Below are positions 1 to 12,896 of a stretch of 64,000 bases of DNA, one piece after another (the first letter of the stretch is position 1; the number at the start of each line of letters is the position of its first letter). Source of the DNA: Octopus bimaculoides (Eukaryota); assembly GCF_001194135.2 (NCBI RefSeq), contig NC_068984.1:27677724-27741723 (forward strand). Reading direction: 5' to 3'. The notes beneath the pieces are model-generated. The model was not told the DNA's origin and made no database searches. It saw only the letters and a program-made list of their open reading frames with translations. The position numbers and the translations under genes are program-made.

Positions 1-36
<36 letters not shown>

Positions 37-744
37 ATACATACATACATTCATATCGATATCTATCTATCTATCTATCTTTCCATCTATCTGTGTGTAT
101 GTTTGTGTGTGTGTGTATGTGTGTGTGAGTACAAATATAGAAAGACAGGAAGAGAGAGACAGACAGAAAGAGAGAGACTGCATGTACTCACAAAACATAC
201 ACATATATATGCATATATGCACATGCATATGCAGGAACATGATATATATATGTTGTCATTCTTTCTGTTTGATGAGATGCCTACACTGTTCTTTTGTAGA
301 TGTATTGCAGTATATATTGGCATCACTCTCAGTCTTCTCCACATTATTTTATCTGTTTCATTGATGTCCTTTCATAAGACATTGCACATCATATCATGGG
401 CTGAATATCACAAAATAACTCATTTGTTGCTATTTTCTAACCTTAGACCTTTGTGAGTCAGAGAGGAAAAATTTGTCCATTAAAATGTCATGCCACAAAT
501 TATTTTTGTATTCTGAAATATGTTTCAAGATAGTTGTGGAATGCTTCATCCTTTTGAAATCTATCTTTTCATGGAAGGCTTTATAAAGATTTTCTTGAAG
601 TTAGCTACTGGGATATTGTATTTTTATTTAGTAAAACTTTCTGGCTACTGCGAAAATACTTTAAAGTATATGTGTGATCTTATTGGTTTCTATATACATG
701 TTTCCAGCTATCTATCCATCTAGCCATCCAGTGTGTGTGTGCTT

Positions 745-810
745 ATGTTTGTATTTGCTGTGTGTATGTCTCTGTTTGTATTTGCTGTGTGTATGCCTCT
801 GTTTTTGTGT
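745..810. repeat. 27-bp minisatellite, about 2.5 copies
   Basis: tgtttgtatttgctgtgtgtatg(t/c)ctc repeated. Confidence 0.85.
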
Positions 811-1674
811 CTCTTGCTGTATAATTCATAACACAGTTACTGTATGTGCTAACCTATAAAATTATGCATGTACTAGAAGACCCCGTGCTGTGAAAAAAGG
901 ACGACTAATTGTAGTATTCTATATATGAATAAGGTACAAAATAATCACAGATACAAAACATTCAAATACTTCCCTTATACAAGCACACACATACACAGAG
1001 CTGAAATGCTGTTTGATTTTTCATTTCAGCGTTGAATATTTACCATCCCGCTACCATTGCACACACTCGCATGCACACAGATACACACACACACACACAT
1101 ACACACACACACACACACAAACACATACGCACAAACACACACAAACATATATACATGCACAAACATTCACATGACTCCCTTTTACATACACACACACATA
1201 TACTCATGCAGAGTTGAAATGCTGTTTGATTTTTCTTTCACCATAGAACTTCCATCATCCCACTACCAAGTTTGCCATCACCCCTTCCTTCCATATTCAT
1301 CAATCTCCCCTTCTTTTCTCATTCATATGTTGTGATGGAGTAAGACACAAGAGTATTATCATAGTAGGTTCCAAATGATTGCAAGAAGTTGTGACAACTG
1401 ATTCCTAAACTGTGAGTGTAAGTATATATATATTGTTCATTTTTATGTTTGCTCAACATTTGCTTTCCCATGCTAGTACAACTTGGACAGGAATTAATTT
1501 TAAGATACGATTTTACAGCTGGATGCTCTTCCTGCCACCCTTGCTTTTCAACTGTTTTGCAGATTTTTATATTTCAATGCCATGGAGCAACTAGTTGTAT
1601 TGATAACAATGCTTCACTTAAACAGTCACTAGCAAAACATCACCATCCACACACATTCACATACAATCACAGAG

Positions 1675-1716
<42 letters not shown>

Positions 1717-2745
1717 ACACACATGCACAGCCCATGATAGCTTTGATCAACTGAACTCACTCCTAGTGCATTGATCAGCCCAGCTCAATAGCCAGTGTGT
1801 GTGGGTGTACAAATGTAAGAGCGGTACCCTGTGTAAACGTAACCAGCTTGAAGTGTGCAATTATGAAGATCTGCAGTGGGGCAAATTAGCATGTGTGAAT
1901 GGGGGGGGGGGGGGTATAAAAGATATTCATCTAATGTTGAAATGTAATATGTATGTACTATAAGTGCTCGGTCTGGTTTACCACTGAAACTCGGGCTTGA
2001 ACTACGACTGGAAACAAGACAGCTGCAGTTTGGTGTTGGGGCTGCTTAGTAAAGTTGATTAGAATTGGTTCATCGTGGAGTAGAAACGAGTGAAGAACAA
2101 ATATATAGTGCGTGTGTTTATTTGGCAAAAAAAAAATAAATAAAATAAAAATGACCATACCAAAATACAACAATATCTGTTTCAATGCACAATTTCACAT
2201 CAAGAATCTTGCAACACAAATTCATAAATGGATACATCATAACCAGTTGCACTGTCAGAGTTTAATGTGACAGTTATGGATTATTACCCGGTAGGCTACA
2301 CTGACAAGGCTCAGGGTTTAAATATCCAAAATTCGAAACCTGGTTTGTGGATATCCTTAATTGCATAATACTTTTATTATATGCTGTTAAATGTTTTAAT
2401 TCCTTCTGTTTTCTTTGCATGCTGTTTTTCTCTGTTATCTTGGTGCAGTACGGTGGATTAATTTAAGACTTTAGCTCTTATTTCTAGCAGGTAGATGCTT
2501 GTTAAGCATCATTACACTTCGTGCAAATTTATAATTCATAGCTATATAATGCTATTGCGCCTGCGATCCACCTATGTCACTGCTGGTGATATCATCAATT
2601 TTAAAATTTATCCAGATGATATGAACAGTACTGACATCTGATTTCAAATCTCAGTGTTTGAATGTTTTGCTTATATANNNNNNNNNNNNNNNNNNNNNNN
2701 NNNNNNNNNNNNNNNNNNNNNNNGAATGAGCAGTATCCTATATTG

Positions 2746-2925
2746 AATGATACAGGTATGGAGACTAACATTCAGGACATCAAGCTTCTGTGCCAACAAT
2801 TCAATGTCAATTTTTCATAATTGATGTTACCATGCACACCAGGCTGATAAAAATGTGCAACAACCATCGAATTGTTAACACAGAAACCTAAAGTCCTGCA
2901 TGTAAGTCTCCATACCTGTATCATT
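2746..2925. mobile_element. Short MITE-like element with 33-bp inverted repeats
   Basis: aatgatacaggtatggagactaacattcaggac (2746-2778) vs revcomp of 2893-2925, 2 mismatches; TA|CAGG..CCTG|TA ends. Confidence 0.75.
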
Positions 2926-4350
2926 AGTCCTTTATTCCCAACAATATTGAAGTCTACCATTTTTGTCACCACATGTGGTTTGTCAATACACACACACACA
3001 CACACACACACACAGTCATTTCAAATAAACAATCAATTCAAATAAATGAGTAAAATTATTGGACAACAAGAGGAAGTGCATAAGAAATATATTAGCTTGA
3101 TGTTTGGTGAAAAGAGAGAGTTTAACATTTCAAGCATAGCTCCTTGTTGGAAAGGAGAAAGGGAAAAGTCCAAAGAAGGAAAAGAAATCACCAACAACAT
3201 GTATGTAGTTACATCACTAAAGTATATATATAGCTGTTAATGGTAAATTCCAGCTGTTTCCTTTTGAAGCACATCTGCTTAATCCATTATTACAATCAAG
3301 ATGTATCCATTATTACTGTTGTATGTAAAGCAAAATACTCATTAAAAATTGAGGATTATGGAAATATTATATGTATATATAAATAGATCATCGCTGTAAT
3401 AATCATCATCATTGTCATCATTGTTATCACCATTTTACATTTGCTTTCCATGTCAGTGTGGCTTCAAGGATTGGATGTCCCTCTTAACACCAAACACTTT
3501 ACAAGGTGTACTAGGGGCATTTTTCAGAACTATAGTGGTCTCTTGCTCTTAGCTAGACAGCAGAGTTTCTCAACCCTGCATTTTCTTTGCTCAGTTTGCC
3601 AAACGTTTTATACAATATACTGAGTGATTTCTTTTGAGATACTAATACTAGTAAGATTACCTTTATATCTAGAAAAACTATGCAGTTCCCATGATTGAAA
3701 GAGAGTAAGGGAGACCAAAAGAGAGTGTTTCAATTTTAGGTAAGGTATTGGAAGAAGTTACAGTATGATAAGGAGGAGAAATGTGTTGTTGTGAGAGAGT
3801 CATTGTGGAGAAGGAATAAAAGAGACATGATGATGGGGGGTTAATTGAAAAGATAAGGTAAAGGGGAAGGAGATTGTAAAGCATGAATGTAACATGTATG
3901 TGTGTATATATATATATATATATNNNNNNNNNNNNNNNNNNNNNNNNNNNNNNNNNNNNNNNNNNNNNNNNNNNNNNNNNNNNNNNNNNNNNNNNNNNNN
4001 NNNNNNNNNNNNNNNNNNNNNNNNNNNNNNNNNNNNNNNNNNNNNNNNNNNNNNNNNNNNNNNNNNNNNNNNNNNNNNNNNNNNNNNNNNNNNNNNNNNN
4101 NNNNNNNNNNNNNNNNNNNNNNNNNNNNNNNNNNNNNNNNNNNNNNNNNNNNNNNNNNNNNNNNNNNNNNNNNNNNNNNNNNNNNNNNNNNNNNNNNNNN
4201 NNNNNNNNNNNNNNNNNNNNNNNNNNNNNNNNNNNNNNNNNNNNNNNNNNNNNNNNNNNNNNNNNNNNNNNNNNNNNNNNNNNNNNNNNNNNNNNNNNNN
4301 NNNNNNNNNNNNNNNNNNNNNNNNNNNNNNNNNNNNNNNNNNNNNNNNNN

Positions 4351-4394
<44 letters not shown>

Positions 4395-4889
4395 TTGTAT
4401 GTGTGTAAAATATAAGGCTGCATATTTTTGTAGATTAGAAATTTAAATTTGTATATTTTTAGACATTCTTAACAGGTAAAATTTGAACATAAATTGATTA
4501 TTAAATTCTGAGACTGAACAGTTAGATAACGCTTGAGGCTGCATGAAAAATTATTATTCTGAGGTTATAACATACGCAATTTCACACACACACACACACT
4601 TGTACATATATGTATATATATATAAATGTATATATAAACACACATCACACACACACATTTAGACACACATCACACACACACATATAAACACACATACATG
4701 TGTGTGTATGTGTGTGTATGACTACGATGCGCTTACAAATATACCTCTCTGAATAGTTTTGACGCTGTTACTCTCTCCACTTCTACACCCTCGAAACTCT
4801 ATTCTTTCCTTCATAATTTGCTCTCTTTCATCTCCTTGCCTAAAATTATCACATACATTCTCTCTCTCTCTCTCTCTTTCATTTGTAAG

Positions 4890-5135
4890 GGCCCCTCTAG
4901 GCCCTTTAGCATTGCAAGATGCAAAGCAATTCACAAGCATTGGTGCAATGATAAAAGCTTCCTGTAAACTTTGTAAAGTGGTTGGCATTAGGAAGGATAT
5001 CCAACCACTGAAATTAAGAGGAAACAGACATGGGAATATGATGTGGTTCTCCAGCTTGTTGAATCCTGTTGACTCATGCAGTCCATGCCAATATGGAGAG
5101 CAGATATAAAGTCATGATGATGATGATGATGATGA
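4890..5135 (+). mobile_element. Decayed RTE-tailed repeat copy
   Basis: gtggttggcattaggaaggatatcca..ccatgccaatatgga..(gat)n is the reverse complement of the family core and tail. Confidence 0.65.
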
Positions 5136-6490
5136 TAAACACATTCACACACTGAGGATATCACTCTGGTAGTCTTTAACAAAAATAGGCTTAGAAGGAA
5201 TAAACTGTAAGCAGAGCACACTGTGTACAAAGATCCTGACAGCAGAGTGAGGATTGGCAATGAGTTTAGTTAATGATTTAGTGTGCAGATAGGTGACCAT
5301 CTAGGCACAGTTCTTAGTCTGCTCCAGATTATTATAGTTCTCCAAGATATAACAAATAAGTTTAAGACTGTGGCAACTCGTGTATGTTGATAACTTAGTT
5401 CTTGTAGCAATAACTATTGAAGACTTAGAGAAGTTTTAGATGCAGAAACAAAGTCTCAAGGGAAAAACTTCAGCTCATAACTTGTGATACACACACACAC
5501 ACACACACACATATAACAAAGAAAAGTTGTAAGGTACCACATGAGTGAAAATATATATGAAAGAAGATTTGAAAATGCAAAGGACTTTTAGAGATGTTTA
5601 TTGACTTGACCAGTTTCACTTTTTTAGAAAAAGATTATCAAAAGTAAAATGTAAAGCTTTGTATAAACTTTGTTGTGTTAAGTACTGGTTATCACAAAAG
5701 TATTAAAATAAAGTTNNNNNNNNNNNNNNNNNNNNNNNNNNNNNNNNNNNNNNNNNNNNNNNNNNNNNNNNNNNNNNNNNNNNNNNNNNNNNNNNNNNNN
5801 NNNNNNNNNNNNNNNNNNNNNNNNNNNNNNNNNNNNNNNNNNNNNNNNNNNNNNNNNNNNNNNNNNNNNNNNNNNNNNNNNNNNNNNNNNNNNNNNNNNN
5901 NNNNNNNNNNNNNNNNNNNNNNNNNNNNNNNNNNNNNNNNNNNNNNNNNNNNNNNNNNNNNNNNNNNNNNNNNNNNNNNNNNNNNNNNNNNNNNNNNNNN
6001 NNNNNNNNNNNNNNNNNNNNNNNNNNNNNNNNNNNNNNNNNNNNNNNNNNNNNNNNNNNNNNNNNNNNNNNNNNNNNNNNNNNNNNNNNNNNNNNNNNNN
6101 NNNNNNNNNNNNNNNNNNNNNNNTTCCCGAGCATCAAACTAATATACCTGTCTTTGTCTTATTTTATTGTAAATTTCAACTATACGTATATATATTTATA
6201 TATGTATATATATATGCATACATATATGTGCATACCTACATACATACACACATACACACACATAAATACATACATACATACATACATATACACACATACA
6301 TGCTCACACATAAATACACACACATACATACATACATACATGTATACATACATATACTTCTGCTTCTTTCTCTGAATCTTTGATGACTGTATATCTTAAT
6401 CCCTAGTGTATAGCTTTAGACATATCAATCTCTGGTTGGAGAGTTTGGAGTAACTCTGTGGGTGTCATTTGTTTCTTAGTTCTCCTTATA

Positions 6491-6788
6491 GTCAATGTCA
6501 TCGTCATCATCATCATCATTTAACGTCTGTTGTCCATACTGGATGGGTTGGACAGTTTGACCAAGGCTGATAAGGTGAGGGGCTACACCACACTCCAGTC
6601 TGATTTGGCATGGTTTCTATGTCTGGATTCCCTTTCTTACATCAACCACTCCAAGAGTGTAATGGGTGCCTTTACATGCCTGTTGCATGACACCAGTATC
6701 TACCACGATTACAATTTTACTTGGCTTGATGGGTCTTCTTCTCAAGCATGGCATAATACCAAAGGTCTTGGTCATTTAGGCTTGTGAG
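6491..6788 (-). mobile_element. RTE-type LINE 3' end (last ORF codons, 3'UTR, (GAT)n tail), directly fused to the 5S copy
   Basis: Shares the ggatgcccttcct..ccaaccact core, the catcatcattaacgtc-type tail and the ttggtcattt/ctcaagc segment with the copies at 24672-25075 and 27966-28480; the latter has clear RTE protein homology. Confidence 0.8.
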
Positions 6789-6789
6789 A

Positions 6790-6905
6790 TGCTTACAACA
6801 TCTAGGTTTCTCAAGCAGTCCCCCATCTAAGTACTCACTAGGCTCAATGTTGCTTAACTTAGGTGATTGGATGAGAACCAGTGTATTCAATGTGATGTCA
6901 TGAAT
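6790..6905 (-). pseudogene. 5S rRNA-derived copy (decayed), near full length
   Basis: Reverse complement reads ..catgacatcacattgaatacactggttctcatccaatcacctaagttaagcaacattgagcctagtgagtacttagatggggactgcttgagaaacctagatgttgtaagcat. It aligns by eye along its whole length with canonical metazoan 5S rRNA; box A (agttaagc) and a box C-like gtacttagatggg are retained. Most differences are at former CpGs. Confidence 0.92.
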
Positions 6906-7956
6906 ATATTTCTCCTGTATATTTTCTAATCCACTTTAACAGTTCAACCACCAAATAAGTGTCAGGTAGTGATGTCGTGTACTTTTGAAGAAATGATGTT
7001 TGGCCTCTGCAAAGTAGTTTCTGCAGAGTTTTGAACTACTTCTTTAGACTTCAAGACAAGTTTTGATCAAGGTTTAGCTTTCTGTATAGGAATCTATGTG
7101 GGAAAATTAAGTCAGTCACATGCACTAAACGTTCATATAATGTAAATATTATTGTATACAGAGCACATTCAAAACAACTGGAGTGTTTCCATGTACATAA
7201 TCCTATTAATCTTGGTGACTAAAAGAATCTTCTGACAAGAGTAGATGTTAAAGACATCCAGAGTCTTAATGAGCTGGCAGTATAAGGTTCATGTCTTCCA
7301 TCCATACAATAGAAGGGAAGTACTGAGAGCCTTGATATGGAGGCAAAGGTGGTTGTTTCAAAAGATTCTCTTTCTGAGCTTTTCAAAGGAAATATTAAGA
7401 AATATTAAGCTGATAAGCTCATCCAGTGTGTAGTCATTGGAAATGATGCTGCCTTGCTATATATATATATATATATNNNNNNNNNNNNNNNNNNNNNNNN
7501 NNNNNNNNNNNNNNNNNNNNNNNNNNNNNNNNNNNNNNNNNNNNNNNNNNNNNNNNNNNNNNNNNNNNNNNNNNNNNNNNNNNNNNNNNNNNNNNNNNNN
7601 NNNNNNNNNNNNNNNNNNNNNNNNNATATATATATATATATATATATACATATACATACATATATGTATATATGCACATGCGTGTGTATGCATGTGAGTG
7701 TGTGAGTAAGTGTGTATTTATATGTGTGCATGTATATATATAAAGAGAGTGAGAGAGGAAGAGTGTGAGAGAGAGGGGGAGAGTGAGACTGATCTGATGT
7801 ATGATCATCAAAGAATAACTCCACAGTAATTAAGAGGTAAATTAATACAGGTTGTTAAACTCCACTGCATTATTATATTATAAAATATCCTAGTGGGACT
7901 GACTTGCATGTATAATACATAATCAGCTAAAATGATCTTTAAGAGTAACGGTTTTA

Positions 7957-8220
7957 GCATAAAACCAGAAAAGTATAAATTTCACATGTTCATATTTTAA
8001 TTGTGCTCAACAGCTGTTTTATTAAAATAAACATTACCAAATGTGTAATTACATAATTGTGTGACATAATTCATTTAAATTAAATTAATTCAATTTAAAT
8101 GAATTATGTATCACAATTATGTAATTATGCATTTGATAGTGTTTATCTTAATGAAACAGTTGTTGAGCACAATTAGAGTATGAACTGAACATGAAATTTA
8201 TGCTTTTCATGATTTTATAC
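7957..8220. repeat. Long AT-rich palindrome (about 125-bp arms, 10-nt loop)
   Basis: 7998-8081 vs revcomp of 8092-8175 is near-perfect; looser pairing extends to 7957/8220. Confidence 0.9.
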
Positions 8221-8258
8221 TCTTTCTTTGTGCATATATATATATATANNNNNNNNNN

Positions 8259-8320
<62 letters not shown>

Positions 8321-11217
8321 GAAAATAAATCAGATTCTTTTTCAACATGCATACACAGCACACACACATTTATCATCCTTATTTAGTAATGTGTGTGTGT
8401 GTGCGTGCGTGCATGTGTGCATGTGTTAGTAAAAAATCTCTTTGGAGATATGGACCATATCAAAACAACTTTGGAAATAAGCCAACTCATATGCTACAAA
8501 TTCTTATCATTTGGCAGATTGTTGATATGTATGAAGAAAATCAAGTGTATAAATACCATTGTTTCATGGCCCTGTGTAAGGAATATGTCAAGTATGAATT
8601 CTCCCTGGGTTACGGGAATCTTAAGCTAATACAGTCTGAAATGAAGGGCTGTCTGACCTGTCACAAAAACGTCTGTTGGAAAACAATGTACAACATAAAT
8701 GCAAATAAATGTTTAACTTACATCAACAATAAACTGCATTATATTTAAGTCTAGTTCCAAAGCATTTTTTCTTTACATACTAAGATAATGCAGAGATTAG
8801 AAAATATATATATGGTAATATATGTATATTAGAGTTGCTGTTACTGAACGTTGAATAATCAGTATTTTATAGTTATGGACCTTTGGAACAGGTTTGTGTG
8901 CTTATTCTGTGTTAAAGTTAATATCTACATAATGCTTAGATATCTGTTAAAGTTATGTTAAATGGATCAGGGATCAGAGATATAAATATTTCTCTGGACA
9001 GTATACTAACTAAAGAATTTGAACTCTCATCTCAGCTATTCACTCTATATTTTGCTACAAAACTCACAAACCCTATATAAAATATATAAAAAATTCTTAT
9101 ATGTTGCATAACTCGATAAGGTTTGTTTGTCCTCTTTCAGTAACTCGCGTGTCTAATCACCAAACAGAATAATGAAATAATAATTAATTTGTATTTAAAT
9201 TAAAATTGAAATCTTAAACATTACAAAGATATACTAAAGAGCAATATCATTTAAAATTGGCAGCAATAACTACAAAATATAAACAAATTTATTTAAGAAA
9301 AAAGAAATTATTAGGTTTCAGAAAAAGCCAGAGAAATCCGGAGAAGGAAAAGAATAGCAAAACATGTTTTGTGAAGTTTTAGCAGCAAGAGGGGAAGAGG
9401 CTCATATCTATGGCAACCAACACATTAACGTAGCATGGCATAGCAATTTCAACAATGAGTCATGATACCATTGTATAACTAATTATAATTGCTTTACACA
9501 TATACTGAGCAACAGATATCATACCACTTGTGCAAAACGAAACAAAATTTTCCTCTGATAAACTTAACCTTGAATGAATGAATGCAGTCTGTAAAGAAAT
9601 GAAGATAAGGCCTGAGTAATTAATCCTTCATCACAACTTTGCTTTTATGGTTTCTAATTGTTCTTTACCTTGCATAGTGCTACAATTTGTCAAAAGAAAC
9701 AAACAGAAAAGGCTTTCTAGTGTAAGCCAACTCATGAATTTGCTTTATCAGTTGGTGCACTTTTTTAATAACTCATTCTAAAGGAATGGACTATGTTCTG
9801 GGCCTCTGCAGGCACTTAATGACTGGTGAAATCAACATGGATAGCATGTCTCTTGAAAAGTTACCAAATAATGGCTATAGGAAATACACTGGAAGTGAGA
9901 GGGGAGAATTTCAAGAAGCATATATTCCTGAAATTCTGGAAAAGAAAGATTGAGTGTAGAGGTTACTGTAGGCATGGACGACTTGAACACAATATATGTA
10001 CTGTGAGGAGAAATGACGAGTGAATCAAGATGCCTAAATGGAGGTAGAATGAGTCAACCAAATCTAAAGATTAGAAGCTATTGTAGTAGAAAAAGCAGAG
10101 AGAGGAGACTGTATGTCTGTGTACAAGACATTGGTGTGTGTTAGTGACTTATTTCATGCCATCCAGTCAAGTGGTCTTTCTTTGCATGCTGTATGTCCAT
10201 GTATGTAACATCAATATAATATATCAAATATAGGAGTAGTACTCCATTGTGAATCTTAGCTGAACTTTGTAAAGGGTTAATAATTGCTGAGCATGAAGTT
10301 ATTTATTTGCTCTGAAGAAACTAGACTTTGTGTTGCAGTTTTTCTGCTTTGAGGGATGTGTATTGATCAAAAGGGATCCTGTGATGTCGAGGTCTACTTC
10401 ATATTTTGAAACTTCTCGCTCACCACAATAAAATCTGTAAGACTACTGTCAGGAAAGTGAAGCATGTTTTGTATCTTACAAAGCTGTCATGCATTTCCAA
10501 ATTTTTGAATTTTGACAGAGCTTTTCAGTCCTTTAATATGTAAGTCTACCAATTTTGCAGCATTTTCCTAATGTCCATCATCACCAAGATGATTTTTCCT
10601 TGCTAGCACTCTCACTAAAAGAAGCCTTCACATTAGTTATCTGCTTCACTTCCTTCTTCTATGCTGAATACGCTTAACAAATAAGATGACTGGTTTAGAT
10701 TTTGAATCTCATATCACCACCAAAAAGTATGCTCTTGAGCTAACTTTGATCCTTGCAAAGCCTTTAATTTTTCACTCTTCCTCTGTAGGAATTTATCTCA
10801 TCTTTTTTTAAAATATGCTCCAGTGTATCCAATTCTCTAAAACTGTAACCTTTTAAACCGTAAAATCTATGGAAAAATTGTTTACACATCAACAAGTTCA
10901 TGGCAAAAGATGCAAATAATTCCTAACTGCATCAACTTGAACATCTATCTTTCTCTTCAGTGATTGTATATCTTCAGATGGAACTACTATATGTCATTCA
11001 CAAGTTCTCAAGTGTCCTCACCCTTGAAAACTTCAGCTAAAGCAGTGTTGCAGCATATGATATCAATAAAACCTTCAAATTTGTCTAGCAGTGGTCTGAA
11101 TCTCCTCACATTGCTTGGATTGGAAGATCTCATACTGCATCACATGGACTAATTCCATGAATAATTAATTTGAGAACAATCTTGAATAGTCACATGAGAA
11201 CTTCTTGTCTTTCAGCA

Positions 11218-11500
11218 TGATCATCATCATCATCATCATCATCGTTTAACGTCCGCTTTCCATGCTAGCATGGGTTGGACGATTTGACTGAGGACTGGTG
11301 AAACCGGATGGCAACACCAGGCTCCAATCTAATTTGGCAGAGTTTCTACAGCTGGATGCCCTTCCTAATGCCAACCACTCAGAGAGTGTAGTGGGTGCTT
11401 TTACGTGTCACCCGCACGAAAACGGCCACGCTCGAAATGGTATCTTTTATGTGCCACCCGGACAAGCCAGTCCAGGGACACTGGCAACGATCTCACTCGA
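11218..11500 (-). mobile_element. Young RTE-tailed repeat (CpG-rich copy)
   Basis: (CAT)n then cgtttaacgtccgctttccatgctagcatgggttggac..ggatgcccttcctaatgccaaccactc; many CpGs retained. Confidence 0.8.
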
Positions 11501-11605
11501 AAATCCTATATCTAAATATGTATATATCTAAATATATATATCTAAATATATATATATATCTAAATATATATATCTAAATATATATATATATATATNNNNN
11601 NNNNN

Positions 11606-11645
<40 letters not shown>

Positions 11646-12034
11646 ATGCACCCTTTCAAACCTAGCCAGGCTCAGAATTTTTCTGCAGCAAAAGGTGACA
11701 GCTATCACATTTCCACATTTGTGTATACATTACATATTTTATAAACATCATTATTTTAGCACCTACTGTAATTTAAGCTGATCAGCAAACCTAATCTCCC
11801 CAGTCAATGTGGAGCCACAAATCTCATAAACATTGCTTGTGCTCAATAATTAAAAAATAAAAATTTATCACACATATTTATTCAGGTTTGTTATATATTC
11901 CTTACATCTAAGTAAGTTTAGAAGTATAAAAGAAAGTGACTTGCCCAGAAACAAAGTTAAGCATCCAATGGCAAATGGGTAAACATGAACTATTTGTTTG
12001 CTGTCAAAGCACTTTCGTATTTTATAGCTTTTCA

Positions 12035-12437
12035 TTTATCTTTTATTTATTTCAGTCATTTGACTGAGGCCATGCTGGAACACTGCTCGAAGGGTTCTTA
12101 GTCAAACAAATTGACCCCAGGGCTTATATTTTTTAAAGCCTGGTACGTATTCAATTAGTCTCTTTCGCTGAACCATTAAGTTATGTGGACATAAACGCAC
12201 TAAAACTGGTAGTCAAGCAGTGGTGGTGGGGTGGTAGGGAGAGAAACATAGACACAAACACACACACACACACACATGTATATATACAACAAGCTTCTTT
12301 CAGTTTCTGTCTACCAAATCCACTCACAAGGCATTGGTTAGTAGAAGATGCTTGCCCAAGATACCAAACAGTGAGACTGAACCTGGAGTTATGTGGTTGG
12401 GAAGCACGCTTCTTATCACATAGCCACGCCTGTACCT
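12035..12437 (-). mobile_element. SINE family B copy
   Basis: Same head, body and tail modules. Confidence 0.8.
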
Positions 12438-12681
12438 GGAAGTTAAAATTAGGAGGGGATAGAATTATTGGGGTGAGTGTATTCCAATAGACTTATCCTT
12501 TGCACAGTGATTAAAGAGAGAAAAATAAATGACTAAATCCCTTTCTTCTCTTTCAGTCAACAGAAGACTTGGCACTCAACATTGCTTGACAACAAACACC
12601 ACTAAATGTTTACAGTGTTACTAATGTCTTTGCTGATTAACTTGAAAGAGAGATGTGGTGACTCCAGCTGCTACAAATAAT

Positions 12682-12896
12682 CCTTTCTACTGCAGGCACA
12701 AGGCCTCAAATTTGTGGGAAAGGGGACTAGTTGATTACATCAACCCCAGTGTTTCACTGGTACTTAATTTGTCGACTCTGAGAGGATGAAAGGCAAAGTT
12801 GACATTGGTGGAATTTGAACCCAGAACATAGTGGCAGACAAAATACTGCTAAGCATTTCACCTGGTATGCTAATGATTCTGCCAGTTCACCACCTT
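12682..12896 (-). mobile_element. SINE family A copy with 16-bp TSD
   Basis: agctgctacaaataat at 12666-12681 and 12897-12912. Confidence 0.88.

Noticed and set aside
10340-11215. Possible decayed hAT-like transposase on the minus strand
   Set aside because: Only vague motif echoes across many stops; not supportable without BLASTX.
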